From NCBI GenBank assembly GCA_035221665.1, contig CM069156.1, positions 30,070,001 to 30,134,000 on the forward strand: DNA of 64,000 bases, in the 5' to 3' direction. The position numbers were made by a program, and so were the translations under genes. This DNA comes from Okamejei kenojei. Taxonomy: Eukaryota. Under the pieces are notes generated by a model, which was not told where the DNA came from, did no database searches, and saw nothing but the letters and a program-made list of their open reading frames with translations. Below are positions 24,685-36,329 of the stretch, in pieces; the first letter of the stretch is position 1; each line of letters opens with the position of its first letter.

Positions 24685-25370
24685 CCATTGCATCCTTGTT
24701 TAGAAGATCTGGGCAAGCACAGCACACAAGGAAGGGGGCGAACAGCTCATAAACACAAGAGTCATCATGAGGGGGTGCATGAGACTCTAGTTGTACAGGA
24801 AGTATACGATGGAGTGGCCCTTCTCATGGCCAGCCAAATGAGGTCATGCTGCCTGCTGGTGAGCTTTTGTGCAATGAGGAATTCTACCAATTAACTCTGA
24901 CAGGCTGTTGGGGAACTATTCCACAGGATCTCCCATTTCTTTCCCCGGCAGGACATTTGAGATATTCCACGATGACCCACTACCTGGTGGACTTGTGGTC
25001 AAAGGTGCTTTTACAGCAGAAACGTTTCTGCAAAAGGCAGGTAGTGTGAATGAAACTGTGAGCAACCTTGAGCCAGGTCCATCCATCGCAGCACAGAGAA
25101 GCTCCGCATGTTGTGGTTGCAGGTTCAGGCTCAACCCACACAATCAGGTTGAGGACTTTGTCGGGTACATTGGTTTCTCTCTTCTCTTGGCGACATGGTC
25201 CTCACAACCCAACGCACCCAATCCATTCTGGATATCGGGATGAAACAGATATGGGCCACACCTTGGCCGGGCACAGCAATACCAAGAGCACCTCTACTCA
25301 AACTCTGCTCTTACAGTAAACCCACCATCCATGAGACCAATAGACTGAATCCTTGCTGCATATCCCCCAT
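24685..25370 (-). pseudogene. Tx1-clade LINE ORF2 post-RT region, decayed
   Basis: Minus-strand pieces TFDHKSTR*W, KEMGDPVE*FP, W*NSS..LTSRQHDLIWLAMRRA and ..RMQW match recalled fish/shark Tx1 ORF2 motifs in the right order. Confidence 0.7.
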
Positions 25371-25854
25371 GGAAGGTGCAATCTTTCTTTAGGTAAGGTG
25401 ACCTAAAGTGTACACAACATTCCAGCATGCGGCCTCACCAAGCTCCCTCACAATTACAGTCATTCACTGTTGTCCAAATGCTGTTATAATAAAGGTTAAC
25501 TGGCCAACTGCCCTCCTACTTGTTTGCTGCCTGAATGCTGGCGCTCATGAACTTGTGCACAAGGGCACCTTGTCCCCTTTGAACATGGCGACCATGTCAG
25601 TAACAGCCACATCCCATCAATACATTAGAAACAAAAACTGTTGGATCCATATCCCCAGTGTCGAAGTTGTGAATTCGATATATTGTATAGAACTCATTTA
25701 TTTCACTTTTAACATAAAAGTCTATTTTCTGCAGTCAATCTGAGCCTGAGGGTTTATAGGAGAAGAGGAGGCTGGAGAATCTCTACTGCCCCTTCATCAC
25801 CATGACTGTTCTCTTCCCTTAACCATTCCTTATCACCTTTCCTTATCATCTTGA

Positions 25855-26348
25855 GGGTGGCACAGTGGCTCAGCTGGTAGAAATGCTGCCTCACACTGCC
25901 AGAGACTCGGGTTTGATCCTGACCTCGGTTGCTGCCTGTGTGGAGTTTGCAGGTTCTTCCTGTAAATGTGTGGGTTTCCTTCTGGTTCCCTCCCACATCC
26001 CAAAGACGTGTGGGTCTATAGGTCAATTGGCCTCTGTAAGTTGCCTTTGGGCGGCACGGTGGCGCAGTGGTAGAGTTGCTGCCTCACAGCTCTACAGGTG
26101 CAGGTTCGATCCTGACTATGGGTGCTGTCTGTACAGAGTTTGTACATTCTCCCTGTGACCGCGTGGGTTTTCTCCGGGTGCTCCGGTTTCCTCCTAACAT
26201 TCCAAGACGTGCAGGTTTGTATAATTGGCTTTAGTGAATTGTCCCTGGTGTGTAGGATAGAACTAGTATACGGATGAACACTGGGCGGTGCGGACTCGGT
26301 GGGCCGAAGGGTCTGTTTCCCTGCTGTATCTCTAAACTGAACTAAACC
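25855..26348 (+). mobile_element. Two tandem/nested HE1-type SINEs
   Basis: Heads at ~25855 and ~26048; the second is complete to its tail. Confidence 0.85.
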
Positions 26349-26384
26349 TGATAGGAGACACTCGAATGCACAATGCACCTATAA

Positions 26385-27200
26385 TTAGAGTATTGTATCC
26401 AACGTTGGTGCTCCATTACAGGAAGGATGTGGAGGCTCTGGAGAGGGAGCAGGTGTGTACCTGTATGTTGCCTGGATTAGCCAAAGTGAGATGTTGGACA
26501 CACTTGGATTTCTTTTTCTGGAGTGCTGGAGGATGAGGGGAGGCCTGAGAGAAGTATATTAAATTATTAGAGATGTAGATACGGTAGACAGTCGGGACCT
26601 TTTACCATGGTGGAAATGTCAAGTCTAGAGGGCATAGCTTCAAGGTAAGAGGGGCAAAGTTTAAAGTAAATGGTGGCGCAGCGGTAGAGTTGCTGCCTTA
26701 CAGCACCAGAGACCGGGTTCGATACTGACTACGGGTGCTGTCTGTACGGAGTTTGCACGTTCCCCATGTGTCCAGGTGCTCCAGTTGCCTTGCACATTCC
26801 AAAGACATGTAGGTTTGTAGGTTAATTGGCTTCTGTAGATTGTAAATTGGCCCTAGTGTGTAGGATAGTGCTAGTATCGGTGGTGATCGCTGGTCGGTCT
26901 GGACTCGTGGGGCGAAGTGCCTGTTTCCGCTCTGTATCCCTGAAGTCTAAAGTAAAAGACTAGGTGTGCAGGACAATTAATTTTTTCTCAGAGGATGGAA
27001 GGTGCCAGGAACACACTACCAGGGGTGGTGATGGAGGCAGTGTGTTACATAGTGGTGTTTAAGAGGATTTTAGATGGGCACATGGATATGTAGGGAAATT
27101 AGGGATGTGGATCACCTGCGGGCAGAAAGTTTAACTTGGATCATGTTCATCATGGATATTGTGGATTGAAGGGCCTGCTCCTGTGAGGTTCTGTCCGATG
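26385..27200 (+). mobile_element. CR1/HER1-type LINE 3' part with an HE1 SINE nested at ~26670-26955
   Basis: LINE sequence resumes after the SINE tail; AAAGTAAA on both sides of the SINE. Confidence 0.8.
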
Positions 27201-27218
27201 TTATGCAATTAACTCATT

Positions 27219-27543
27219 ATAGAACATAGAAAATAGGTGCAGGAGTAGGCCATTCGGCCCTTCGAGCCTGCACCGCCATTCAATATGATCATGGCTGATC
27301 ATCCAACTCAGTATCCTGTACCCCCTGCCTCAGCCACAAGGGCCACATCCAACTCCCTCTTAAATATAGCCAACGAACTGGCCTCAACTACCTTCTGTGG
27401 CAGAGAATTCCACAGACTCACCACTCTCTGTGTGAAAAATATTTTTCTCATCTCGGTCCTAAAAGACTTCCCCCTTCTCCTTAAACTGTGACCCCTTGTT
27501 CTGGACTTCCCCAACATCGGGAACAATCTTCCTGCATCTAGCT
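27219..27543 (-). mobile_element. CR1 LINE 3' fragment
   Basis: ORF 27308..27526 FPMLGKSRTRGHSL..FFTQRVVSLWNSLP. Confidence 0.88.
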
Positions 27544-27727
27544 AAATGGGGAATATTTCTCCCTTTAACAAAAAGATACCTGCACTTCAATATCATCTTT
27601 CATGCCTTGTTGATCTAACTGGAGTACTTTACATCCGGTGCAGTTTGTGGTGTCACTAACGTGATGCAGGGTATTCAATAATTAATATTCACACCACAGA
27701 CAAATGTATTTTACTTTACAGAACAAA

Positions 27728-28220
27728 AGGGCGGCACGATGTCGCAGCGTTAGAACTGCTGCCTTGCAGCGCAAGGCACTTCGGTTTGATCCTGACACTG
27801 GGTGCTGTCCGTACGGTGTTTGCACATTCTCCCTGTGACCTGCGTGGGTTTTCTCCAGGCGTACCAGCTTCTTCCCACACTCGAAAGACGTGCAGGTTTA
27901 TAGGTTAATCGGCTGGTAAATTGTGCCTGTGAAGGAAAGAACTGCAGATGCTGGTTTAAATCGAGGGTAGACATAAAATGCTGGAGTAACTCAGCGGGAC
28001 AGGCAGCGTCTCTGGAGAGAAGGAATGGATCGGGCAGCTTCTCTGGAGAGAAGGAATGGGTGGCGCTTCGGGTCGAGACCCTTTTTCAGACCGATACCTT
28101 CTCTCCTGTAAATGGTCCCTTGTGTGTAGGGTAGTGTTGGTGTACGGGGATCGCTGGTCTGCGTGGACTAGGTGGGCGACAGGGCCTGTTTCTGTGCTGG
28201 ATCTCCAACCTAACCTAAAC
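27728..28220 (+). mobile_element. HE1-type SINE with a PLE pLTR nested at ~27928-28100
   Basis: SINE halves are collinear; insert carries GAACTGCAGATGCTGG tail and an antisense core, with an internal duplication of TCTGGAGAGAAGGAATGG. Confidence 0.8.
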
Positions 28221-28254
28221 TCTCATAATGAGATGAGCTCCAGGAGCCAGCTAA

Positions 28255-28450
28255 TCTATTCCAGTGATGTTGGGGGAGGGCATGACTGTTTGTGAGAGGT
28301 CCTCTTGGGATCTATGATGTGCAACCGAGACAGCGGGCATGGCCTTAGTTTAACGCCTTGTCTGAAAGTCGCTCCTTTGGAAAGTCCCTCTGGACAGTCC
28401 GCCTCGATTTAGTGCTCAAGACTCTGAAGTGGGAATTGGATTCATAATGA
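28255..28450 (-). mobile_element. Degenerate SacSINE1/DeuSINE
   Basis: TGGGATCT..GGCCTTAGTTTAACG.CT.GTCTGAAAG..GTGCTCAAG.CTCTG.AGTGGGA resembles the antisense Deu domain and head. Confidence 0.6.
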
Positions 28451-29525
28451 TTCAGGGATAGCAGTCAAAACTGTGAGTTGAAGCCTTACTAAATAAACCT
28501 GCAAAGGTACCCCGAAATTTAGCACATTTACCAATTGCAAATCAATTGGAGAGAGCTAATTATTTTTTCAATATATATAATGTAATTGCCATTGCCTCAG
28601 TTACTCCCTGTAGATAATGCATTCTATGCACAAAGACATTCTTCCAAACCTTTCTCAATAGCAATTTTAAATTAAAGACCCCCAAGTCACTGATTCCATT
28701 ACATGGAATAATCTTCCTAACCCACTAGCAGGCTAATTTGCCTGTTGAAGCGCTTCACATCCAGCACTCTCAATCAATCTGCAATCTCAATCCCATTGGG
28801 ATGCAGCTTTTCCTTGTGTATCCCTTTGGACATCACCCTGACAACAGATGAGGGTAAGCGAGCCAGAGAGAGTGGCACAGAGTCAGAAAGATAAGGACAC
28901 AGAGGCAGAGGGAAAATGATATATAGGAGGGGGGAATTAATGGAAACCAATGAAAAAAAAACATTATAAAATATGCAGAATTGAAGCGCAGAAACCCAAA
29001 TTGCCCTTCACCCTCTGAGATCAAGATAGAGGTAGCACAGAAAGAGAAAACAATGGTGTTTGTGGAATCACAGAGTTAATTTTGAAACTGTTCTTCTAAA
29101 AACTCTGAATAAATACATTCCCCCATTGAATAATGCACAACCTGTGGTGCTAATGAAAGTGAGCAATTTTAAAAAGAAAAATAGATGTTCAAGATATTGT
29201 TTTAGAAAAAGGAAAACCATTTACCAGGGCTATTACACAGCCATTTAATTGACTTGTTACAACTGACATTTAGACATTACCTGCAGCAGCTGTGCCGACA
29301 TAGTTTGATAATTTTTATTAATAAAGTCAGGCTGCACTCTTAACCCTTGTAGAACAGAGATCAGTGGAAACCAAAACAATCGTTAACATGAAGTGAAAAT
29401 GCACAACGCGGCGTGAATTGATCACACGCCAGAGGCACCTGTATTGATCTCACGCTAGTTGGGACATGAATTGACCTCACGGCAATGGCACGGTGCAATA
29501 GTGTGAGGTCAGACCATCACTGCAC

Positions 29526-30050
29526 AGCACCAGGCATTGCCAGGTGATGATGTCACACCAGGCGTTGCCAGGTGATGATGTCACACCAGGCGTTGCCAGG
29601 TGATGATGTCACACCAGGCGTCAACACGTGATGCCCTCACACCAAGCGTTGCCAGGTGGTGACCTCACACCAGGTGTTTTCAGGTGATGATGTCACACCA
29701 GGCGTTAACACGTGATGACCTCACACCAAGCGTTGCCAGGTGGTGACCTCACACCAGGTGTTGCCAGGTGATGATGTCACACCAGGCGTCAACACGTGAT
29801 ACCCTCACACCAAGCGTTGCCAGGTGGTGACCTCACACCAGGTGTTGCCAGGTGATGATGTCACACCAGGCGTTAACACGTGATGACCTCACACCAAGCG
29901 TTGCCAGGTGGTGACCTCACACCAGGCGTTGCCATGTGGTGATGTCACACTAAGCTTTGCCAAGTGCTGACGTCACACCAGAAGTTGCCACGTGGTGATG
30001 TCACACCTGGCGTTGTCATACCAAGCGTTGTCATGTGTTGAAGTCACAGT
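29526..30050. repeat. 28-bp minisatellite, ~17 units, with higher-order periodicity
   Basis: Unit CACACCAGGCGTTGCCAGGTGATGATGT; unit starts at 29554, 29582, 29610 ... 30002. Confidence 0.95.
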
Positions 30051-30364
30051 AGGCGGTCAAGGTGCCCTCCATCTATTCCCTCTCTCCTCATGACAACCTG
30101 GGCTAGATCACATCCAGCTATGGGGATTTACCATCCCTAATTTACCATCCCTGGTATCTAAAACAATCTCCTTCTTTTAAAATACTGACCTGCTCCAAAT
30201 TGCCCACGTACCCTTTCTCAACGCACAATCACCCATGTCCATCCCCTTAGTGAATAGAGACGAGAAGTTATTCACCCATGAAGCATGGCTCCACACAAAG
30301 ATACCCCTTTATCCCACTTTTTCTCTAGCTGCCCTCCTTTTCCTGATTATACTCAGAAGAAATA

Positions 30365-31950
30365 CAGAGTTTGTATGTTCTTGCTGTGACCGCGTGGGTT
30401 TTCTCCATATGCACCGGTTTCCACACACACTCCAAAGACATAAATTGTCCCAAGTGTGTAGGATAGTAGATAGACGGGGTGATCACTGGACGGCCTGGAC
30501 ATGGTGGGCCGAAGGGCCTGTTTCTGCGTAGTATCTCCAAAATAAAGTCGAAAGAAATTTAATTTAATTTTTTGTTTTAGTGATACAGCATGAGCACAGA
30601 ATCATCCTGTGCACACCAACCATCGATCACCCGTTCACATTAGTTCTCTGTTTTCCCACTCCCACATTCACTTCCTCCACACTAGGAGGCAATTTTACAA
30701 GTAGGCAGACAAAAGTGCTGGAGAAACTCAGCGGGTGCAGCAGCATCTATGGAGCAAAGGAAACAGGCAATGTTTCGGGCCGAAACCCTTCTTCAGACTG
30801 GTCTGAAGGAGGGTTTTGGCCCAAAACGTTGTCTATTTCCTTCGCTCCATAAATGCTGCTGCACCCGCTGAGTTTCTCCAGCACTTTTGTCTGCCTTCGA
30901 TTTTCCTGCATCTGCAGTTCCTTCTTAAGCAATTTTACAAGTGCCAATTAACTTACAAGCTTACACCTTTTTGGGATGTGGGAGGAAACCGGAGCACCCG
31001 AAGGAAACCTATGCGGTCACAGGGAGAACGTGCAAACTCCGCTGCGTCAGTGCCAGAGGCCGAGGTTTGGGCCTGATCACTGGTGCCATCAGGGTGGATT
31101 TTGCACGTTCTCTCTATGACCACATGGATTTCCTCCAGGTACTCTGGTTTCCGTCCACATCCCAAAGACATGTGGGTTTATAGGTTAAATGGCCTCTGTA
31201 AATTGTCCCTAGCGTATAGGTGACCGGTAGAATTTTGGGTGAATTGAAACAATTTGAAGAGATTAAAATTGGATTAGATTACTGTCAGATTAGTTAGTGT
31301 AAGTGGGTGGTTCATGGTCAGAGTGGCCCAAGGAGCCTTTTTCAATTCTGTATCTATCTTTTATATTCATATGAATATAATTTTTACACATCTAACTTGG
31401 GCGGCAATACGAGCTAGTGGAGCTGCTGCCTCACAGTGCTAGAGAACCGGGTTCAATCCTGACCTCTGGTCTGGTGTTCTCCCTGTGACCATGTGGCTTT
31501 CCTCTGGCTGGTCTGCTTTCTCCCACAAGAAGTGTGGGTTTGTAGATTAATTGGTCTTTATAAAGAATTGCCCCAAATGTTTTGGTGTGGATGAGAAAGT
31601 GGGATAGCATATAACAAGTGAGAATGGGTTTAGTTTAGTTTAGTTTAGTTTAGAGATACAGCGCGGAAACAGGCCCTTTCGGCCTACTGGGTCCGCGCCG
31701 ACCAGCGATCCCCGCACATTAACACTATCCTGTACCCACTAGAGACAATTTTTACATTTACCAAGCCAATTAACAAACCTACATATTCTGAACGTCTTTG
31801 GAATGTGGGAGGAAACCGAAGATCTCGGGGAAAACCCACACGGTCACGGGGAGAACGTACAGACAGCAGCAGTAGTCAGGATCAAACCCGGGTCCCTGGC
31901 GCTGCGTTCGCTGTAAGTCAGCAACACTACCGCTGCGCCACCGGGCCGCC
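30365..31950. mobile_element. Cluster of at least five HE1-type SINE pieces in both orientations
   Basis: V-domain/tail motifs at ~30365-30540(+), 30575-31075(-), 31080-31350(+), 31398-31628(+), 31628-31950(-). Confidence 0.8.
30703..30928. mobile_element. Palindromic PLE pLTR insertion inside a SINE
   Basis: TSD GCAATTTTACAAGT at 30689-30702 and 30929-30942; arms 30703-30808 / ~30811-30896; 32-nt tail 30897-30928. Confidence 0.88.
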
Positions 31951-32374
31951 GTGATCGATGGTACTGAAATAATTGGTTAAATTGGTATCACTTGATTGTC
32001 CGCCTTTGTTTATTGTCTTTTATCATGGATCACAGCATGTCATTTTATAAACGATAGAAACAGGAACTACAGATGCCAGTTCGCAAAAAAGTTACTCCAG
32101 CCGTTTGTCTCTTTTTAAAATTCCATAAACGATATTCTCCTCATATCATTTAACCTCCAAAATAGCAAGTCCGTGTCTAGTTATCAAACATTAAACAGTG
32201 ACTTCGCCAAAGAGCAAACAAGTTGACCTGAGAGCATCTTCCCCTCTGCCCTGTCATGCGGGGTTGACCTCAGAGCCAAACTGAACCCAGCGAAGACTTG
32301 ATCTGAAAGACACTGCTAACACAACCACATATCACAGCTTTCTCCACTTACGATGCAATCTGATCACTGAGGCC

Positions 32375-32795
32375 CGGAAGGCAGAACTCCTTCTTCGAAG
32401 TCAGAAGGCTGTGGGTTCGAGCCCCATTCCAAGATTTGGATTCAAGATCGAAGTTGACACTCCAATGCAGTGTCGAGGGAACGCCACGCCGTTTGAAGTG
32501 CCCTCTTTCGAATGAGATATTAAACTGAGGCTCTGTCTTTTTTCCCCTCTCAGTTTGATACAAATGATCCCGTGACAATGTTTCAGGAAAGAAACTGGAG
32601 TTTTTTTCCCTGGTGCCGTGGTCAACATTAGTTCCTCGACTTACATCTTTAAATGAAGAAAAGTTCTTTGCGTGAGCGCTTGCTTCAGGCTTTTCTGCAC
32701 TGCACAAGTGACAACATTTCAAAAGTACTTTTCTGGCTCTGAAGTGATTTTATAATCTTTAAATCATGAATGATGATGTCGAAAGGCAACTCTCT
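32375..32795 (+). mobile_element. SacSINE1-type DeuSINE, near full length, diverged
   Basis: TCAGAAGG.TGTGGGTTCGAG.CCCA head; Deu domain TCTTTCG.ATGAGA..TTAAAC.GAGG..GATCCC.TG.CA..TGGTG.C.TGG.CAA.ATT; L2-type tail TTCAAAAGTACTT. Confidence 0.75.
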
Positions 32796-33379
32796 TCTCT
32801 TCTTTCTGCTGTTGCCTTTTTAAATCCGGAGGCCACATATCCGTAGAGAGGGACATCTCAGAATGTCAGTTCATCTCATAAGGCAGCAAGCGAAATGTGC
32901 AATGAGCAACAGACACAATCTCATTTACCAAAGTTATAAGACGCTTGTAGATATTGAAGCACAGATCAGTTGTTTGCCAAAGAGTCAAGGATATCACACT
33001 CAGGGGCATCAAATGAGAGCGTGCACAGCCATCAAACCATGCGCTTGTTACAACCTAGAGTACACTCCCAATGTTGTTTATAACGCGCTGCTCTGATGTG
33101 CCATTACATAATGACATTGCATTTCCCATGCCAGCAGAACCTCTGCTCCCTCTGACTGTGAGAGCCAATTTAGTGTCAATTAGCACGGAGTTATGGGCAA
33201 TTTTGTGCTCTATACTCGCGGCCATTAGGACTTGGATCGAGGAAACCTGAACTATTTTGTATAGGTGTCTTGCAGCTGCCGGGGAATCAAGGGGTTTATT
33301 TTATTCTTTCAACAGCGAGCGACTCAATCCAAATTCTTATCCACGGGCAGAACAACAGAGCTAGAAATGTTACCGCACT

Positions 33380-33579
33380 CATGACGGGAATTGATAGGGT
33401 GAATGCACAGAGTCTTTTTCCCCACGGAAAGGGAATCAAGAACTAAAGGGCAAAGGTTTGAGGTGAGAGGGACAAGATGTAACAAGGCAACTTTTCACGC
33501 AAACAGTCTGAAGAAGGGTCCCGACCTGAAACATCACCCACCCATTTTCTCCAGGGATGCTACCTGACCCACTGAGTTA
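33380..33579 (+). mobile_element. CR1 fragment followed by a PLE hammerhead-bearing fragment
   Basis: GATAGGGTGAATGCACAGAGTCTTTTTCCC then CTGAAGAAGGGTCCCGACCTGAAACATCACC. Confidence 0.7.
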
Positions 33580-33775
33580 AGCCCCTGTCCCACGATGCGA
33601 GTTTACCCAAGAGCTGTCCCGGGTTTAAAAAAAATCAAACTCGTGGTACTTCATCACGAGTATTTTTTTACTCTTGGAAAATTTTCAGTGTTGAAAAAAC
33701 TTCACGAGTTTCATGAGCTTACCGTGTTTCCTGAGTACCTGCCGTTAGCGTTATGAGCCGCAACGCTACCACTCG
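33580..33775. mobile_element. Harbinger-like element left part (family of 21455-21833)
   Basis: TTA|AGCCCCTGTCCCAC; shares CTTCACGAGT and GAGTACCTGCCGTTAGC blocks; right end lost at junction with the SINE at 33775-34005. Confidence 0.65.
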
Positions 33776-34857
33776 GGTGCTGTCTGTGTGGAGTTTACAC
33801 GTTCTCCCTGTGATCGCCTGGGTTTTCTCCCACATCCCAAAGATATGCGGATTTGTAGGTCAATTGACCTCTGCAAAAATTGTCTCTAGAGTGTAGGGGA
33901 GTAGATGAGAAAGTGGGATAACATAGAACTAGTGTGCACAGGTGGCCGATGGTCAGCGTGAACTTGGTGGGCCAAGGTGCCTGTTTCTATGCTGTATCTT
34001 TAAACAAAAACCACCACAAAAATCAGTCCGTGTCGGTTCAAATGAGTTAAATTCTGAGGCCAATAGATTTTTGCTGGACACAGTTGGCAAAAGCACTTGA
34101 TGATGAGATGAGGAAGGTGGCTAAAGGTATGGTGCGAATCAGCAGTGAACTCCAAAAGACTCAATGGGCCTCTCTCATGACTATACTCTTATCTCCATGT
34201 GGCTGAGAAGGTACTTGTCAGAGAAAAGAATGAACCAATTTGTGAAGAAATAAAAATCAATTGGAACATTTTCTCAGGCAGATTTCAAATGGATTATTTT
34301 TTAAGTTTAGCAGCCATAGTTCCTGTGTCAATCTATTATTATTTGGGAAGGTTAGAAGCTCTGTGAGTCTTTCATTTTTACAGAACCTATCAGCATCATT
34401 CAATCTTCAATGCAAGGAATAGGCTGGGTTTTAGCATGGAGACGAATTGCTGTTAATTTTGTTTGAAAAAGTCAGTTAACACACTGTTAGACTGTGATTA
34501 TTACTTATTTTGTATCATCTAAGGCAAATCTAAAAGTCGTAGTTTAATGATATTGGCATCGGATCCTAAAGGACACATACAAATAATGATCTTGGTTGCC
34601 CAGGTTCTAATTAACATATTCAAGCATTGGTTAGAGATCGATCATTGATCATTTCTCTCAATGGATCAATTCCAGTTCCAATATGTTCTTCAGTCCACCT
34701 ATCACCAAGATTACACCACTCAAATCTTCAGTATGACATGTATCTTGAAGGTTGCATCTTGTACCTGAAAGTACTTTGCACTTTGAAGCACAGAAAGTCC
34801 CTAGTTTTGGCAGCAATTCAGAAAACGAACATGAATTGCAACTCATCAACTTGAAAC

Positions 34858-35595
34858 CATAGAACGTAGAACATAGAATAGTACAGCACAGGAACAGGCC
34901 GTTCGGCCCACATTGTCCGTGCCTAACTTGATGCCAAGATAAACTAATCTCTCTGCCTGCACGTGATCCATATCCCTCCCTTCCCTTCATATTCACATGC
35001 CTATCCAAAAGCCTCTTAAACCCTGTCTCTACCACCACCCTCACTCTCTGTAAAAAAATACACTTGCCCCACACAGCTTCTCTAAACTTTGCCCCTCACC
35101 TTAAAGCCACACTCTCTAGTCAATGACATTTTCACCAGGTAAAAAAAGTTCTGACTGTCTACCCTATCTCTGCCTCTCATAATTTTATATATTTTTCTGA
35201 AATCTCCCCTCAACCTCTGGCATTCCGGAAAAAATAATCCAAGTTTGTCCAATCTGTCCTTGTAACTAATTCTGGTAAACCTCTTCTGCATCCTCTCCAA
35301 AGCCTCCACATCCCTTTTATATATTCTTTGTTCTCACTGTGTAATCACAAGTTCATAAGTTTTAGGAGCAGAATTAAGCCATTTGGCCCATCAAGCATAC
35401 TCCACCATTCATTCATGGCTGATCTATCTCTCCCTCTCAACCCCATTGTCCTGCCTTCTCCCCCTAACCCCTGCACCCGTACTAATCAAGAATCTATCAA
35501 CCTCTACCATAAAAATATCCATTGACTTGGCCTCCACAGCTTTCTGTGGCAATGAATTCCACAGGTTCACCACCCTCTGACTAAGGAAATTCCTG
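34858..35595 (-). mobile_element. Two CR1-type LINE 3' fragments
   Basis: ORF 35082..35309 EALERMQKRFTR..LDKLGLF; second fragment ~35350-35595. Confidence 0.8.
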
Positions 35596-35813
35596 TCAAA
35601 TTACCCTAATCTTCCGTATTCTTGTGACTACATGGCTGGTTTACTATATCTTTCCATGATCTGTAGGCTAAATTAGTATGTGGAGGTCTGACAGTCTATT
35701 GTCATAATACCTGCCATGCATTAGTATTCACATCCCATCAGAGTCAAGTTGCTCATATATTGGCTAGATGACGAGAGGACATCTCTGGTATGTATGTATA
35801 TTATAGTACCCTT

Positions 35814-36023
35814 GTGTAGGAAGGAACTGCAGAGATGCTGGTTTAAACCGAAGATAGACAGAAAAAGCTGGAGTACCTCAGCGGGATAGGCAGCATCTCT
35901 GGTGAGAAGGAATGGGTGATGTTTCGGGTCGCGACTGAAGAAGGGTCTCGACCCGAAACGTCACCCATTCCTTCTCTTCACAGATGCTACCTGTCCCGTT
36001 GAGTTACTCCAGCTTTTTGTGTT
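35814..36023. mobile_element. Palindromic PLE pLTR insertion with intact hammerhead core at 35935-35962
   Basis: TSD TATTATA(G/A)TACCCTT at 35799-35813 and 36024-36038; CTGAAGAAGGGTCTCGACCCGAAACGTCACC. Confidence 0.85.
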
Positions 36024-36060
36024 TATTATAATACCCTTCGTAGCCACTTGACCTATCATG

Positions 36061-36329
36061 TGTAGGATGGAACTGCGGATGTTGGTTTACACCGAAGATG
36101 GACTCAAAATGCTGGAGTAACTCAGCAGGTCAGGCAGCATCTCTGCAGAAAAGGAAAAGGTGATGTTTCGGGTCGGGACCCTTCTTCAAACTGAGAATCA
36201 GGGGAGAATGGAAACTAGAGATAAGAAAAGTAACAAAGAACAAATGATTGCAAAATGAATACAAAGGTATGCAAAAGGACAAATCAAGGCCAGCAACGAA
36301 GATTCAGGAACGGTGGAGCCTTTCATGCA
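36061..36329 (-). mobile_element. Single-arm PLE pLTR insertion
   Basis: TSD ACCTATCATG at 36051-36060 and 36330-36339. Confidence 0.8.

Noticed and set aside
26048-26120. tRNA gene (A and B boxes)
   Set aside because: This and similar heads continue into the V-SINE body and lack a full cloverleaf; they are SINE heads.
29526-30050. CRISPR-like array
   Set aside because: Contiguous tandem units with no unique spacers, eukaryotic context, no cas genes.
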